Position numbers and translations under genes: made by a program. A stretch of 63,824 bases of DNA, the filler included, from Trichomonas gallinae (taxonomy: Eukaryota): assembly GCA_008369845.1 (NCBI GenBank). It is 6 parts of 6 records of this genome, joined end to end, with 100 filler letters (N's around TTAATTAATTAA, not from the genome) between each part and the next. Parts side by side here need not be neighbours in the genome. Positions count along the whole stretch, not along the records: positions 20,413 to 40,675 come from MRSU01000336.1; 5 more parts are not named here. One strand, given 5' to 3'. The notes beneath the pieces are model-generated. The model was not told where the DNA came from. It saw only the letters and a list, made by a program, of their open reading frames with translations, and did no database searches. Each line of letters opens with the position of its first letter. Position 1 is the stretch's first letter. Shown here one piece after another: positions 20,313-30,329 of the stretch.

Positions 20313-20412
20313 NNNNNNNNNNNNNNNNNNNNNNNNNNNNNNNNNNNNNNNNNNNNTTAATTAATTAANNNNNNNNNNNNNNNNNNNNNNNNNNNNNNNN
20401 NNNNNNNNNNNN
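20313..20412. other. Artificial contig linker
   Basis: N44-TTAATTAATTAA-N44 (stops in all six frames); the same structure occurs five times in the window. Confidence 0.98.
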
Positions 20413-20696
20413 TGCTCATTAATTTTTGCTGTTACAGGTTTGTAGTTAATCTATTAAACAATCTAATAGATTAACTTGAATTAACTCGGGAGTGAAATTT
20501 TCGAATAAGGTTATGAGTCGGAAACCCTTTGTCATTGGTACACCTCTATCAAGAAAGAGAGAAGGATTCCAAATTAATGATGTGCATTAAACTCCATTGG
20601 ATTTCGACTTACGAGCCATGGAATTACATTATTTAATTGTAATAATAAACTTTATTTGTCATGTTATATGTTTATTTGTCAAATTAATTTTACATG

Positions 20697-20704
20697 TCAT
20701 TTTT
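20697..20704 (+). promoter_or_regulatory. Initiator (Inr)-like element of the golgin gene
   Basis: TCATTTTT starting 26 nt upstream of ATG 20723; matches the trichomonad Inr TCAYT(W). Confidence 0.5.
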
Positions 20705-20722
20705 CGAGTTTATTTGTCAAAA

Positions 20723-23700
20723 ATGAATGAAGATCCTGCAGTTGCCAAAGAAATGGATATAAACAAAGTTAAAGCAGCCCTTAAGAAGTCACTTGCTAAG
20801 AACAAGAAAATCCAAGAGGAATTTAAGAAATTGGCCGACAATCAAGTGATTTTGCAAAATGCAGTGAACGAAAGGCAACAAGCTATTCAAGATCTTCTTG
20901 CAGCAAAAGCTGATGTAGATCACAAAAATCAAGAATATGTAACAAAATTGAATAAACTCGCTGATGAATTTCGTTTAGCGAAAAAAATTATCTCAGAAAA
21001 AGAAGAGCACATAAATCAAATCGAAAAAGCGAATTCTGATCTAATTTCCTCCTTTTCTACCGAACGAAAATCATCACAAGGCATAATAAATAGCGCGAAA
21101 AAAGAAATACGAACACTTAGAGAGAAGATAGAAGCTATTTCACCAGGTACATCAGAGCAAATTCCTGACCTTGTTACACCTGCGCAAAACAATCAAGTAC
21201 TTGCCGATTTACATGACGGAAATACATTAAAATCGACATTAACATCAGTAACATCGATGTTTGGAGATTTAATATCAAATACTATTCAAAACATATCGCA
21301 AAATGATATGGAAAACGTCAACAAACTAAATGAAGAAATTAAAAAATTGAAAAACGAGCTTGAAAGTAAGAATAAGCAGATAAATGATATGTTATCGCAA
21401 TATAATAACAAAGTTAATGAACTTGAGGCCCAATATAAGGCAAAAGAATCTCGTTTGCAACAATTATTCTTGCAACATAAACAAGAACTTGAAAATCAAC
21501 ATAATACAGCTAATTTGTTGGATTTACCAAGCAACAATGTTGATACAGCACAAATAGAATCACAAATTCGCTCTAAACTTGAAAATGAATTTTCCATGAA
21601 ATTACAAAGCGCACTGAAAGAACAAGAGTCGAGACTTCGTTTGGAGTATCAATCTACAGTGAGAACAACAGATATAACTGAAAATGAAAGCAAGTTAAAA
21701 ATTGAATATCAAAATTTACTGAAACAGCAAGAAACAAGACTCAAAACAGAATTTGAAGCAGAGAAATCTCAATATGAAGCTAGGTTTGAAGCAGAAAAGC
21801 AAAAATTACTTCAAACGTCAATAAAACAACATGAAGACCGAATTCGACAAGAATTCTTAAGAGAAAATTCAATTTCGATAGATGCAGCCCTCAAACAGCA
21901 AGAATCAAAGCTCAAATCAGATTTTGAAGCCGAAAAAATTAAATTTGTTGAAAAATCATTAAAAGAACAAGAGACTCGGCTTAGAGACGAATTTGAGACC
22001 TCTAAAGCGAGATATGCTCAGCAAATTGAAAATAAATTGAGATCAGATTTCGAAATTCAAAAAACGCAATTTTTGCAGCAAATGGAAAATAAAATGAATA
22101 ACGAGCTCAAGGAAAAGCAAAAACAAATTGAATTATCGATGATAAGCAGCCAAAATGACTCAAATATGTTAATTCAAAAACAATTAAAAGATATTGAAGC
22201 CACAAGACAACAAATGAAAGAAGAACAAAGTGCCTTTGATAAAAAGCAAAAGGAATTCGAAGAAAACAAAAATAAATTTATTTCAAATTATCAAGAAGCG
22301 CAAAAGCAGTTTAATGCAAAACAGAAGGAATTTGAGAACTTTGTAGAGTCAAAAGGCAAAGAGATAAATCGAGTATTTAAAGAAAATCAAAAGAAAACAG
22401 AAGAAATCGAAAAACTTGAGAAAGAACTCAACGAGAAGTCAAATGCACTTCAAAGCCGTGAACTTGATATTAACAACAAAACAGATTCACAAATTTCATC
22501 GCTGCAAAAGCAAATAGAAAATTTGCAAAATGAAATTAACGAGAAGAACCAACAAATCGAAACAGCAAGAGTGGAAATGCAAAATTCCAACGAAGGCATT
22601 AATTCTGCTAAAGAATCTCTTCAAAAAGAGAAAGATGAAATTGAAACTCAAAAATCTTTAATCGAGGCACAAAAAGCAGCTATACAGCAAGAAAAGGACA
22701 AATTGGAGCTCGAAAAATCAGAAGTTGCCACGGAAAAAGCAAATATTTCAGAGAAAAAGAAACAATTAGCAAAAGTTCAAAAGAAACAAACAGCAGATAA
22801 AGAATATATTGACAAGTCTAATGCTGAAATCGAAAGGAAAACGACCGAATTAACACAGCAACAAAATTCTTTAACTGAAATTATGGATAAACTCAAAATG
22901 GACAGAGCTGAAGTCGACCAGCTCATTATTCAGTATAAAACAGACTCTGTTGAGATCGAACGCATGAAAACTGAGTATTTCGATAAAACGTCTCAACTCA
23001 GGGCGCTTGAAGCTTCATTAACGGAAAGGGAAACGCAACTTAAGACCCAGAAGGAGCTTTTCATGTCTGAAAATGGAACAGTGGAAGATAAAATTGCTGA
23101 AATCGAAAAATTCAAGAAACTCAATATGGAAAAGGACCAGAAAATATCACAATTTCAAGTATATATTGTAGACCTCGAAGAAAAAACGAAGAAGAACGAA
23201 GTATTAATTACTGAATTGAATTCAAAGGTAAATCAGTTCACGGAAGCCAATACAAAGCTTGATCATGAAACCAAGCAACAGAAGGATAATATTTCTCGTC
23301 TTACTCAAGAAAATACAGAATTAAAAGATTCAATTCAGAAATTTACAGAAGAAAATGAAAATATGAAAGCGGAAATTGATGAAAACACTACTAAAATCGC
23401 AAATCATGTTGCTGAAATCGCCAAACTTGCAGATAATGTTAAAACTTTGCAAAATGAGAATCAAACATTATCAGAAAACTTAGAAAATACTAAAAAGAGC
23501 TTCAATGAGACCAAAGAGAATCTAGAGTCAACAGAAAAGCATTTGCAAGAACTCCAAACAAAATTCGAAGAAACTTCAAAAGATTTATCCGAGAAATCAG
23601 AAAAACTCGAAAAAGTTACAGAAGATCTTTCACAAGTTCAATCGGACGCCTCTATTTTATCGAAGTCTAACAGCGAACTAACAGATAAGCTCGCGATACA

Positions 23701-24109
23701 GACATCTCTCAACGCGCAGCTCGAGAAAGAGCTCAAAGAAAGGGTCGAGAAGAAAGACCCATCATTCGACGAAATCAAGAAAAGAGTCGAAATTCTGGAA
23801 CGCGAAAACCACAGACTCTCTAGTAGATTGAGAGACGAGACACCAAGGAAGCCTGAGAAGAAGCGTGAAATTATTCATCAGCAAGTTTCAAAGACGCCAG
23901 ATCCATCCAAAAAAGTCTCTAATGATGAACTTTTGTCGCACAACTACATGAAGAAGATGTTGCTGCAGTTCTTCTTGACAGAAGATAAAGACAGGGAGTC
24001 AATGATACCTATCATCCTCAAGCTTGTCGGATGTGACGATATACAGGTTTTGTGCGCGAAAAGAAAATGGTCTGAAACACATTCTATTATGAGCAAAAGC
24101 TGGTTTTAA
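20723..24109 (+). CDS. GRIP-domain coiled-coil protein (trans-Golgi golgin-like)
   Basis: ~1100 aa heptad coiled coil. C-terminal NYMKKMLLQFFLTEDKDRESMIPIILKLVGCDD..W matches the GRIP pattern YLKNVLLQFL....R..LLP.I..LL.F. First ATG after the Inr. Confidence 0.8.
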   Translation: MNEDPAVAKEMDINKVKAALKKSLAKNKKIQEEFKKLADNQVILQNAVNERQQAIQDLLAAKADVDHKNQEYVTKLNKLADEFRLAKKIISEKEEHINQIEKANSDLISSFSTERKSSQGIINSAKKEIRTLREKIEAISPGTSEQIPDLVTPAQNNQVLADLHDGNTLKSTLTSVTSMFGDLISNTIQNISQNDMENVNKLNEEIKKLKNELESKNKQINDMLSQYNNKVNELEAQYKAKESRLQQLFLQHKQELENQHNTANLLDLPSNNVDTAQIESQIRSKLENEFSMKLQSALKEQESRLRLEYQSTVRTTDITENESKLKIEYQNLLKQQETRLKTEFEAEKSQYEARFEAEKQKLLQTSIKQHEDRIRQEFLRENSISIDAALKQQESKLKSDFEAEKIKFVEKSLKEQETRLRDEFETSKARYAQQIENKLRSDFEIQKTQFLQQMENKMNNELKEKQKQIELSMISSQNDSNMLIQKQLKDIEATRQQMKEEQSAFDKKQKEFEENKNKFISNYQEAQKQFNAKQKEFENFVESKGKEINRVFKENQKKTEEIEKLEKELNEKSNALQSRELDINNKTDSQISSLQKQIENLQNEINEKNQQIETARVEMQNSNEGINSAKESLQKEKDEIETQKSLIEAQKAAIQQEKDKLELEKSEVATEKANISEKKKQLAKVQKKQTADKEYIDKSNAEIERKTTELTQQQNSLTEIMDKLKMDRAEVDQLIIQYKTDSVEIERMKTEYFDKTSQLRALEASLTERETQLKTQKELFMSENGTVEDKIAEIEKFKKLNMEKDQKISQFQVYIVDLEEKTKKNEVLITELNSKVNQFTEANTKLDHETKQQKDNISRLTQENTELKDSIQKFTEENENMKAEIDENTTKIANHVAEIAKLADNVKTLQNENQTLSENLENTKKSFNETKENLESTEKHLQELQTKFEETSKDLSEKSEKLEKVTEDLSQVQSDASILSKSNSELTDKLAIQTSLNAQLEKELKERVEKKDPSFDEIKKRVEILERENHRLSSRLRDETPRKPEKKREIIHQQVSKTPDPSKKVSNDELLSHNYMKKMLLQFFLTEDKDRESMIPIILKLVGCDDIQVLCAKRKWSETHSIMSKSWF

Positions 24110-24154
24110 TTTTGAATATTTATTTGTTTTGGAAATAAAACTGTTAAATAATGA

Positions 24155-25012
24155 TGTTTAAAAAGTGTGACAGTATACATCATAACAGCCTCAGTGAGCA
24201 CAAATGCATTCTAAGGCTGGATAGTTTTTACATCTTTTACAAAACTATTGAATAGCAATATTCGTTCTATAGAGGAATTCGCAGTCAGCAAAACCAATTT
24301 GACTGTCTTAAATCTCTCTCACTGCATTAATCTCCAATCAATTGGAAACAGAGCATTTGCTAACATTGAATCTTTACAATGTGTTTACTTGCCACTTATG
24401 ACAATTATTGGATATGACTGATTCGAAAATTGTGTTAATTTGTCTTATGTTTCAAATCCAATGAAAATCACTGAAATTAATGAGTCTGTTTTTGAAGACT
24501 GCTCGAAACTTGTCTCTATTTCTTTCCCACCTGGTGTGGAGTGCTTCAAAAGAAGGGCGTTTTACAGTTCTGGCTTGGAATCGATAAGAATCGGTTATAT
24601 GGTTACAGTCTACTCTGAGGCTATTTCATGCTGCCATTCTCTGAAAATAGTGGAATTGTTAGACTTCGCTGTTGTAACAAACAATACATTTTCTGATTCG
24701 AATCAAATTAATTCACTTGTTTTATATGAGTATGTGACAGTTTATAGTGAAGCATTTTCTAGTGTTACAAATTTGTCATACTTCGGCCTCACTTATGTTG
24801 CAAGTCCAATCACTATAGAATTCATAGAAAACATGAATATCAAAACAATTTTTGCCATTGAAGATTATCGATATGAACAATTCTGCGATATTAGTGTTAC
24901 AAAACAAAAAGCCAACACTAAAGTGTGCAACAATGAAAAGAAGTGCTCAATGACTCCTTATTACAGCGAGTATTTGAGGATGGCAATGGCAATGATGAAA
25001 AAGAGAAGATAA
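24155..25012 (+). pseudogene. BspA-like (TpLRR) leucine-rich repeat pseudogene
   Basis: TpLRR repeats (C.NLQSIGNRAF, ITEINESVFEDCSKLVSISFP) continue in frame upstream of the listed ORF through stops TAA 24212-24214 and TGA 24419-24421. Confidence 0.8.
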
Positions 25013-25222
25013 TTTTATTTATCAAAATAAACAATTCTGCATTTTATTTTTAATCATTATCTACATATATTTTGACCAAGATACAGCATTTTTCTCTTTT
25101 TTTTATTCTATTTTAAGCGAAAAACTAAAATATTCAAGAAAATCAAGAAAATTTAAAAGAAATATTGAATTTTGGCGATAACAATCGGCGATAATGGCAA
25201 TCAAATCAAACAAATAAAATGA

Positions 25223-25813
25223 TTATATTCCGAAACGTGAATTACTTCCTCCGCTTTCAATCACAGTCGGTGTATGACTTGCAATGCTTGATAAAAGGCC
25301 ATCAGGCGCTGTTCTAGTAATTGTTGCCGATTTTAAAACGTTACCTTGGATCATTTCTGATTTTGTTTTAAATTTCGGCTGACCTTCGTCCGTTTGTTTA
25401 TTAAAAATTGAATTATTGTCATTTTCTTTGTTTTTGTTATCGAGATTTGAATCGGTTGAATTTGTGTTGTTTTCTGTTGCATTGTACATGAATTCTTCGG
25501 ACCTCTTGTTCACTATATCTTCCTCCTCGAACAAAAAGTCCTCTCTGAACATAATCGCGCCTTTTGGAATCGGATCAATATGGAAAATCTTAAATCTAAT
25601 CGCTTGAATCAGAGGCGGATGTGCAAAGCTCCTGCAGATCATGTGGCGTATGTCTATGGATACAATAACTAAAGCTATTGTAACGAATAAACTTATCGCC
25701 CCAGCAATTCCGCAGCTTAAAAGGCGTTTTGTCCTTAACAGCCTTGCAGTTTGGAAAGGTGCGAGGTCATGTGAATCAATGTGGAGCCTTCGACCTCTAA
25801 AAGGACTCCTCAT
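25223..25813 (-). CDS. Hypothetical membrane-anchored protein
   Basis: 196-aa ATG ORF with one hydrophobic helix (LLSCGIAGAISLFVTIALVIVSI). Inr-like TCACTTT on the minus strand at 25866-25860. Confidence 0.65.
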   Translation of the reverse strand: MRSPFRGRRLHIDSHDLAPFQTARLLRTKRLLSCGIAGAISLFVTIALVIVSIDIRHMICRSFAHPPLIQAIRFKIFHIDPIPKGAIMFREDFLFEEEDIVNKRSEEFMYNATENNTNSTDSNLDNKNKENDNNSIFNKQTDEGQPKFKTKSEMIQGNVLKSATITRTAPDGLLSSIASHTPTVIESGGSNSRFGI

Positions 25814-26561
25814 TTTCTAAAGAAAAACAAACACTAAAAAAATTATTACTTTGATACGAAAAGTGACAAAAACGATTTTTCGGTGGTTGGCAAATTTCGT
25901 GAGGGTGTTAAATACCAAAGTATGAATTATTGATTATTGTAGCTGATATCTTAACAGAATCTCCTTAATACTTCGCTTGTATCAAATAATATACACACTG
26001 GATCTAAATATAGATAATTTGAATGTTTTTAATGGTGTAAAAGCGCATGAAAATGTTGGATATTTTATAATTTTGTAATGTTTACGGGCGTGAAAGCAAA
26101 TGTGCGTAATTTTTATATATATTTGGATTACTCGTAATGAAATACAGAGGGAGGTAGAGCCATCAGATATCTAATATTTTGAACACAAAATGACTACTTG
26201 GCATGTGATTTTTCGTCATAAAAATAAAGATGCAAAATTAATACCAATTTTAGCATCTCTCGTATATCACAAAATGCATGAATTACTATTAAACGCACAT
26301 ATATGCAAAAAATATATCTTTGGCTCTGAGAATATTATCTTTTTAATGAAATGAATTTTCTTCAAAATTCCACCATCGTTTACAAATCGAGAAGAAATTT
26401 ATGTGCTTAAAATTCTAACAAATGATTTTTGCCTACTAGCATAGGTTAATTTACTTTCATGATAATCGGTTGACATTTGGATATTTAATGATTTTAATTT
26501 ATCACGAAAATGAATTATAAAAAAAAATCGCCTACTCAGAAGATAAAGAATCAAAAAAAAA

Positions 26562-27203
26562 ATGTTTTTCTTCATATCCATGTATCAAAATCATTTCACT
26601 AAGGAGTGTGACTCCTCAGGTTGTTATGATATATATTACTCGACGCCAAATAGGAAATGGATTAAAATATTCTATGAAAATGTTTATGGGAAAAATTATT
26701 TTAAAAATGAATCACAGGTTCTCTCATGCAATTTATCAGATCATTTCAGCATACTCAACAAGCTAGATATAATAAACAGGCCATCAAAGAGCTATAGTTT
26801 CATATTGAATTATCCAGAGAATAAAGTGAATCAGACCTTTTCACAGATTAGAAGTCCTCTTCTTTTATTCAATAATCATCAAGATCATTTTCCAAAAAAT
26901 GAAACAGGACTTTATGTCGAACAAGGAAACCAAGCCTTTCAAAAATTTTATGGATTGTACAAAACAGATAAATATAAACAAAACACATATATAGCTGGAG
27001 CGGATACAACAGATCTTTGGTATTATGCTTTAGGAAATTTCAATAGAACTGATGGAGAAAAAATTCCAGCTTATTACGAACACGAAACTAGGGTATGGGA
27101 AGTTGAATTATGGATGGAAATTAAATTCAACAAAACAATAATGAAAAAGCAGTCAACAAGAAGCATAAACCCATATAAATCAATTAGAAACCGCATCATG
27201 TGA
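26562..27203 (+). CDS. Hypothetical protein, trichomonad W.KIFY / FILNYP family
   Basis: 213-aa ORF with short hydrophobic N-terminus and motifs WIKIFYEN..GKNYF, FSIL, FILNYP, FYGL, WYYALG, IPAY, VELWM. Confidence 0.65.
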   Translation: MFFFISMYQNHFTKECDSSGCYDIYYSTPNRKWIKIFYENVYGKNYFKNESQVLSCNLSDHFSILNKLDIINRPSKSYSFILNYPENKVNQTFSQIRSPLLLFNNHQDHFPKNETGLYVEQGNQAFQKFYGLYKTDKYKQNTYIAGADTTDLWYYALGNFNRTDGEKIPAYYEHETRVWEVELWMEIKFNKTIMKKQSTRSINPYKSIRNRIM

Positions 27204-27400
27204 CATCATTGAACACAAGATTTTACTAATATCACCATTGAAGATCATTTGTGATATCATTATTGAAGTAAAAAATCATTAGTGACCTCATAAAGAAATA
27301 AATTATTAGTGATATCATCATTAAAGAAATAAATCACTATTGATATCATCATTGAATAAAAAATGTTCAAAGATGTCATCATTTAAGGAATATTATTATC
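27199..27400. repeat. Degenerate minisatellite, ~7 units of 23-31 bp
   Basis: Recurring (TA)GTGATATCATCATTGAAG(AAATAAATCAT)-like units between two convergent genes. Confidence 0.65.
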
Positions 27401-27575
27401 ATTTTTGATAACAATCATAATTATACACATGATTTATTTTTCATTGAAACAATGTCATCCTATCATGCTGCATTGTTTTTATCTTCCAAAGCTGCGTGCA
27501 CATTGCTTTATTATCATTTTTTCATCAAGTATAAAAAAAATAAAAATATATGGAATTCAATATATATATATGGAT

Positions 27576-29714
27576 TTACCGTTTTCCTCTGAGGGCTTCG
27601 GCTATTTGATTTTGTATTTCTTCAATCTGCTTAGCCAAAATTGTATTTTCATTGATAAGATCTATATCTGGTGTGGAACGTTTGAGATCGGCTAATTCTC
27701 TCTTTATGGAGCGCTTCTTATCGCGCAGCATATCGATTTCCATCTGCAATTGCTCGATAAACATGGTAGAGTCGTTGCATTTTTGTATCAAGAATTGTTG
27801 AAGTTGCTCTGACTCAGCGAGCTTCGCCTTGAGCTCACTAACTTGTTTTTCTAATTCCTCATTGTTCTGTGGTTCTTCTTGCTTGGATTCATCGGCTTGT
27901 TCGAATTTTACGTTTTCGTTCATTATATCATCGTCATTATTTTCACTTCTCTTCTGCTGAATATCATCCTTCAGCCTCTGGAATGTCTTATCTGCTTCGA
28001 ATTTAGGATCAACAACAATTTCTTGCTCATTATTATTTTTAAGTAAATCTTGTTCTTCTCCGAACTCATCATCGTCATCAAAATCGGCATCATCATTGTC
28101 GTTATCTGCTGTTTCTTTGTCATTTTTATCGCTAAGAAGCTGCTGACCATCTTTAAACTTATTAAATGACATTTCGAGCTGATTTTCGAGTCTCTTTACG
28201 CGCTCCTTGAGACCTTCGCATTTGTCCTTCCAGTAGGCAGCGTCATTATCGATATCAACGAAGTCATCATCGAAATCTTTATTTTCTTCGACTGGAACTT
28301 CACCTTCGTCGAGAACAGCATCATCCTGGACTGGCGATTTATCAGATAGCTCAATAACCTTGATTTCGAGGTCCTGAGTCTTTCTTGTTAAATCGTGAAT
28401 TTGCAAATCGCGATTTTCGAGCTGTTTCTTTAATTCTTCAATTTCTTTTGTCTTTTCCTCAATTTCCTTTGTATTGTTTTGTGGTTTTGCGTTTCCTTTG
28501 AGCTCTTGTTGATGGTTGCTCAAAATCTTCAATAATGGGTCGTCATCGTCCTTTTTTTCGTCTGTTTCTTCAAGCTTGGCCCTTAATTCGTTGTTTTCAA
28601 TCTGAAGGAGCTCGATTTGCTGGAAAAGCGGCATTGGATCGATTTGCTTTGGAACTGGCGGAACTGGAGAGTTCTGGAGTTCTGTAATCTTCTTTTCGAG
28701 CTCTTCTTTAGCCTTTAAAGCGTCCTGGAGTTCTTTTTTGAGTCCATTTAATTTTTCATTTTCCGTTTCGAGTTCTTCGACCCTTTTACTGAGTGTTCCG
28801 CAAACAGATTGGATTTTTGCGAGTTCATCGATCATTCCTTTGATGTTTTCTGTTGTTGTTCTTTCTCTTTCGAAATCTTGTAATTTTCTTTTAAGAGATA
28901 AGTTCTCTGCACGTGTTTTTTCGAGCTGCTGGAGGGCAATTTCCATATCCTCCCTTTCCTGCTGAATTCTTTTTTCTTGTAATTTCTTTTGTTCGATTTC
29001 AAGCTGTTTGAGAGCCTCTGCGCTGTCATCATCCTCTATAATTTCATTATTAGTGTCTTCATCATCATTATCAAGCTCTACATCCGGTTCTTCATCATCA
29101 GAATGAACTACTTTGATATCTTCTTCGTTTTGAGGAGATAATTTTCTTATCATGTTGTTTTTCTCTGTAATTTTCTGTTCGGCGTCTTTCAATTGTGTCT
29201 CTGTTGTTGAAAGTTTTGATTGAAGTTTCGAAATCGTTCGTTTTTGGACTTCTATTTCTGCTAAAAGTGTTGGTATTTTCTCATTATTCTTGAGTGAAAC
29301 AACTTCATCGATGAGAGTTTGTTTTTCGACGGATAATTTATCAATTTTTGCTCTTAAAACGGAAATGTTTTCTTGATTATTTAATTTTGTATTCTTTTCA
29401 TTGTCAGGCACGTTATTCTCTCGTAATTCAGCATTTTCGAAAACTAATTCTTGATTTTTTTCCATTAACATTCGATTTTCAAGCTGCAACTTCTTAAAAA
29501 CTTCGCTAGTTTCGATTGTTGGTGCCTGTTTTGCCTGATTTTCTATGTTTTCATCCTGGATTTCGCGGGATCTGATTTCAGACTTTTTTGTTCTTGGAGA
29601 ATTATTCAAGTCTCCATTCTTGTTGAGGCGCCTCTCCAACCCATCGATCTTAGAGCGCAAAGATTGGAGGCGCGCTAAGTGTCCTTTTCGTGTTTTTTGC
29701 GGATTTTCACTCAT
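27576..29714 (-). CDS. Long coiled-coil protein
   Basis: ~712 aa, E/K/Q/L heptads with acidic linkers. First ATG 29714, preceded by M2-like GAAGTGAC. Confidence 0.8.
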   Translation of the reverse strand: MSENPQKTRKGHLARLQSLRSKIDGLERRLNKNGDLNNSPRTKKSEIRSREIQDENIENQAKQAPTIETSEVFKKLQLENRMLMEKNQELVFENAELRENNVPDNEKNTKLNNQENISVLRAKIDKLSVEKQTLIDEVVSLKNNEKIPTLLAEIEVQKRTISKLQSKLSTTETQLKDAEQKITEKNNMIRKLSPQNEEDIKVVHSDDEEPDVELDNDDEDTNNEIIEDDDSAEALKQLEIEQKKLQEKRIQQEREDMEIALQQLEKTRAENLSLKRKLQDFERERTTTENIKGMIDELAKIQSVCGTLSKRVEELETENEKLNGLKKELQDALKAKEELEKKITELQNSPVPPVPKQIDPMPLFQQIELLQIENNELRAKLEETDEKKDDDDPLLKILSNHQQELKGNAKPQNNTKEIEEKTKEIEELKKQLENRDLQIHDLTRKTQDLEIKVIELSDKSPVQDDAVLDEGEVPVEENKDFDDDFVDIDNDAAYWKDKCEGLKERVKRLENQLEMSFNKFKDGQQLLSDKNDKETADNDNDDADFDDDDEFGEEQDLLKNNNEQEIVVDPKFEADKTFQRLKDDIQQKRSENNDDDIMNENVKFEQADESKQEEPQNNEELEKQVSELKAKLAESEQLQQFLIQKCNDSTMFIEQLQMEIDMLRDKKRSIKRELADLKRSTPDIDLINENTILAKQIEEIQNQIAEALRGKR

Positions 29715-30329
29715 TTTTGTCACTTCTTCGTTATTTGCTGGAAAAAGGCCAACAACTGCTCCATTATCATGATATTCCTCGCTAAAAGCTTTTTATGGAA
29801 ATAGAAATGAAAGAAACTATATTGATTCCCAGATTTCTTATCAAAAATCAGAAAAAATCAATGATAACATATCAATTTTTCTTTATTTTTACTATATATT
29901 AGTTGTATCCTTGCAATTTCTTTATTAAATTCATTGATTTTATCATTTTATTAAAGCAAATTCTAAATAAAAGAATTCATTACTTTTCCTTTTAATATTC
30001 ATTTATTCTCTTTGAATACTTGAATTAAATCATTCCAATTTTATATATTTATATTCAATATTATTTCAATAATCAAATTCGAAAATTTATTGTGATTTAA
30101 TAACATCAATACTATTTATTCTGTATAAATATAAAATTCTTCATTAACAGTTGACTCAAAACCTAAATATTGATAAAAAATATAATGAAAGTTGTTTTTG
30201 ATGATTCAAACAGTGCAATAATTAAAAGAAATGAGTTCAAAATGATAAATACTAGTGTTACATAATGAAATTCAAAATAAAATTAATTTATCGAAAATAT
30301 TTACAAACATAAACATTTAAAACATAAAA

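Noticed and set aside
24212..24421. Alternative genetic code explaining the in-frame TAA/TGA
   Set aside because: TAA, TAG and TGA all terminate intact genes elsewhere in the window.
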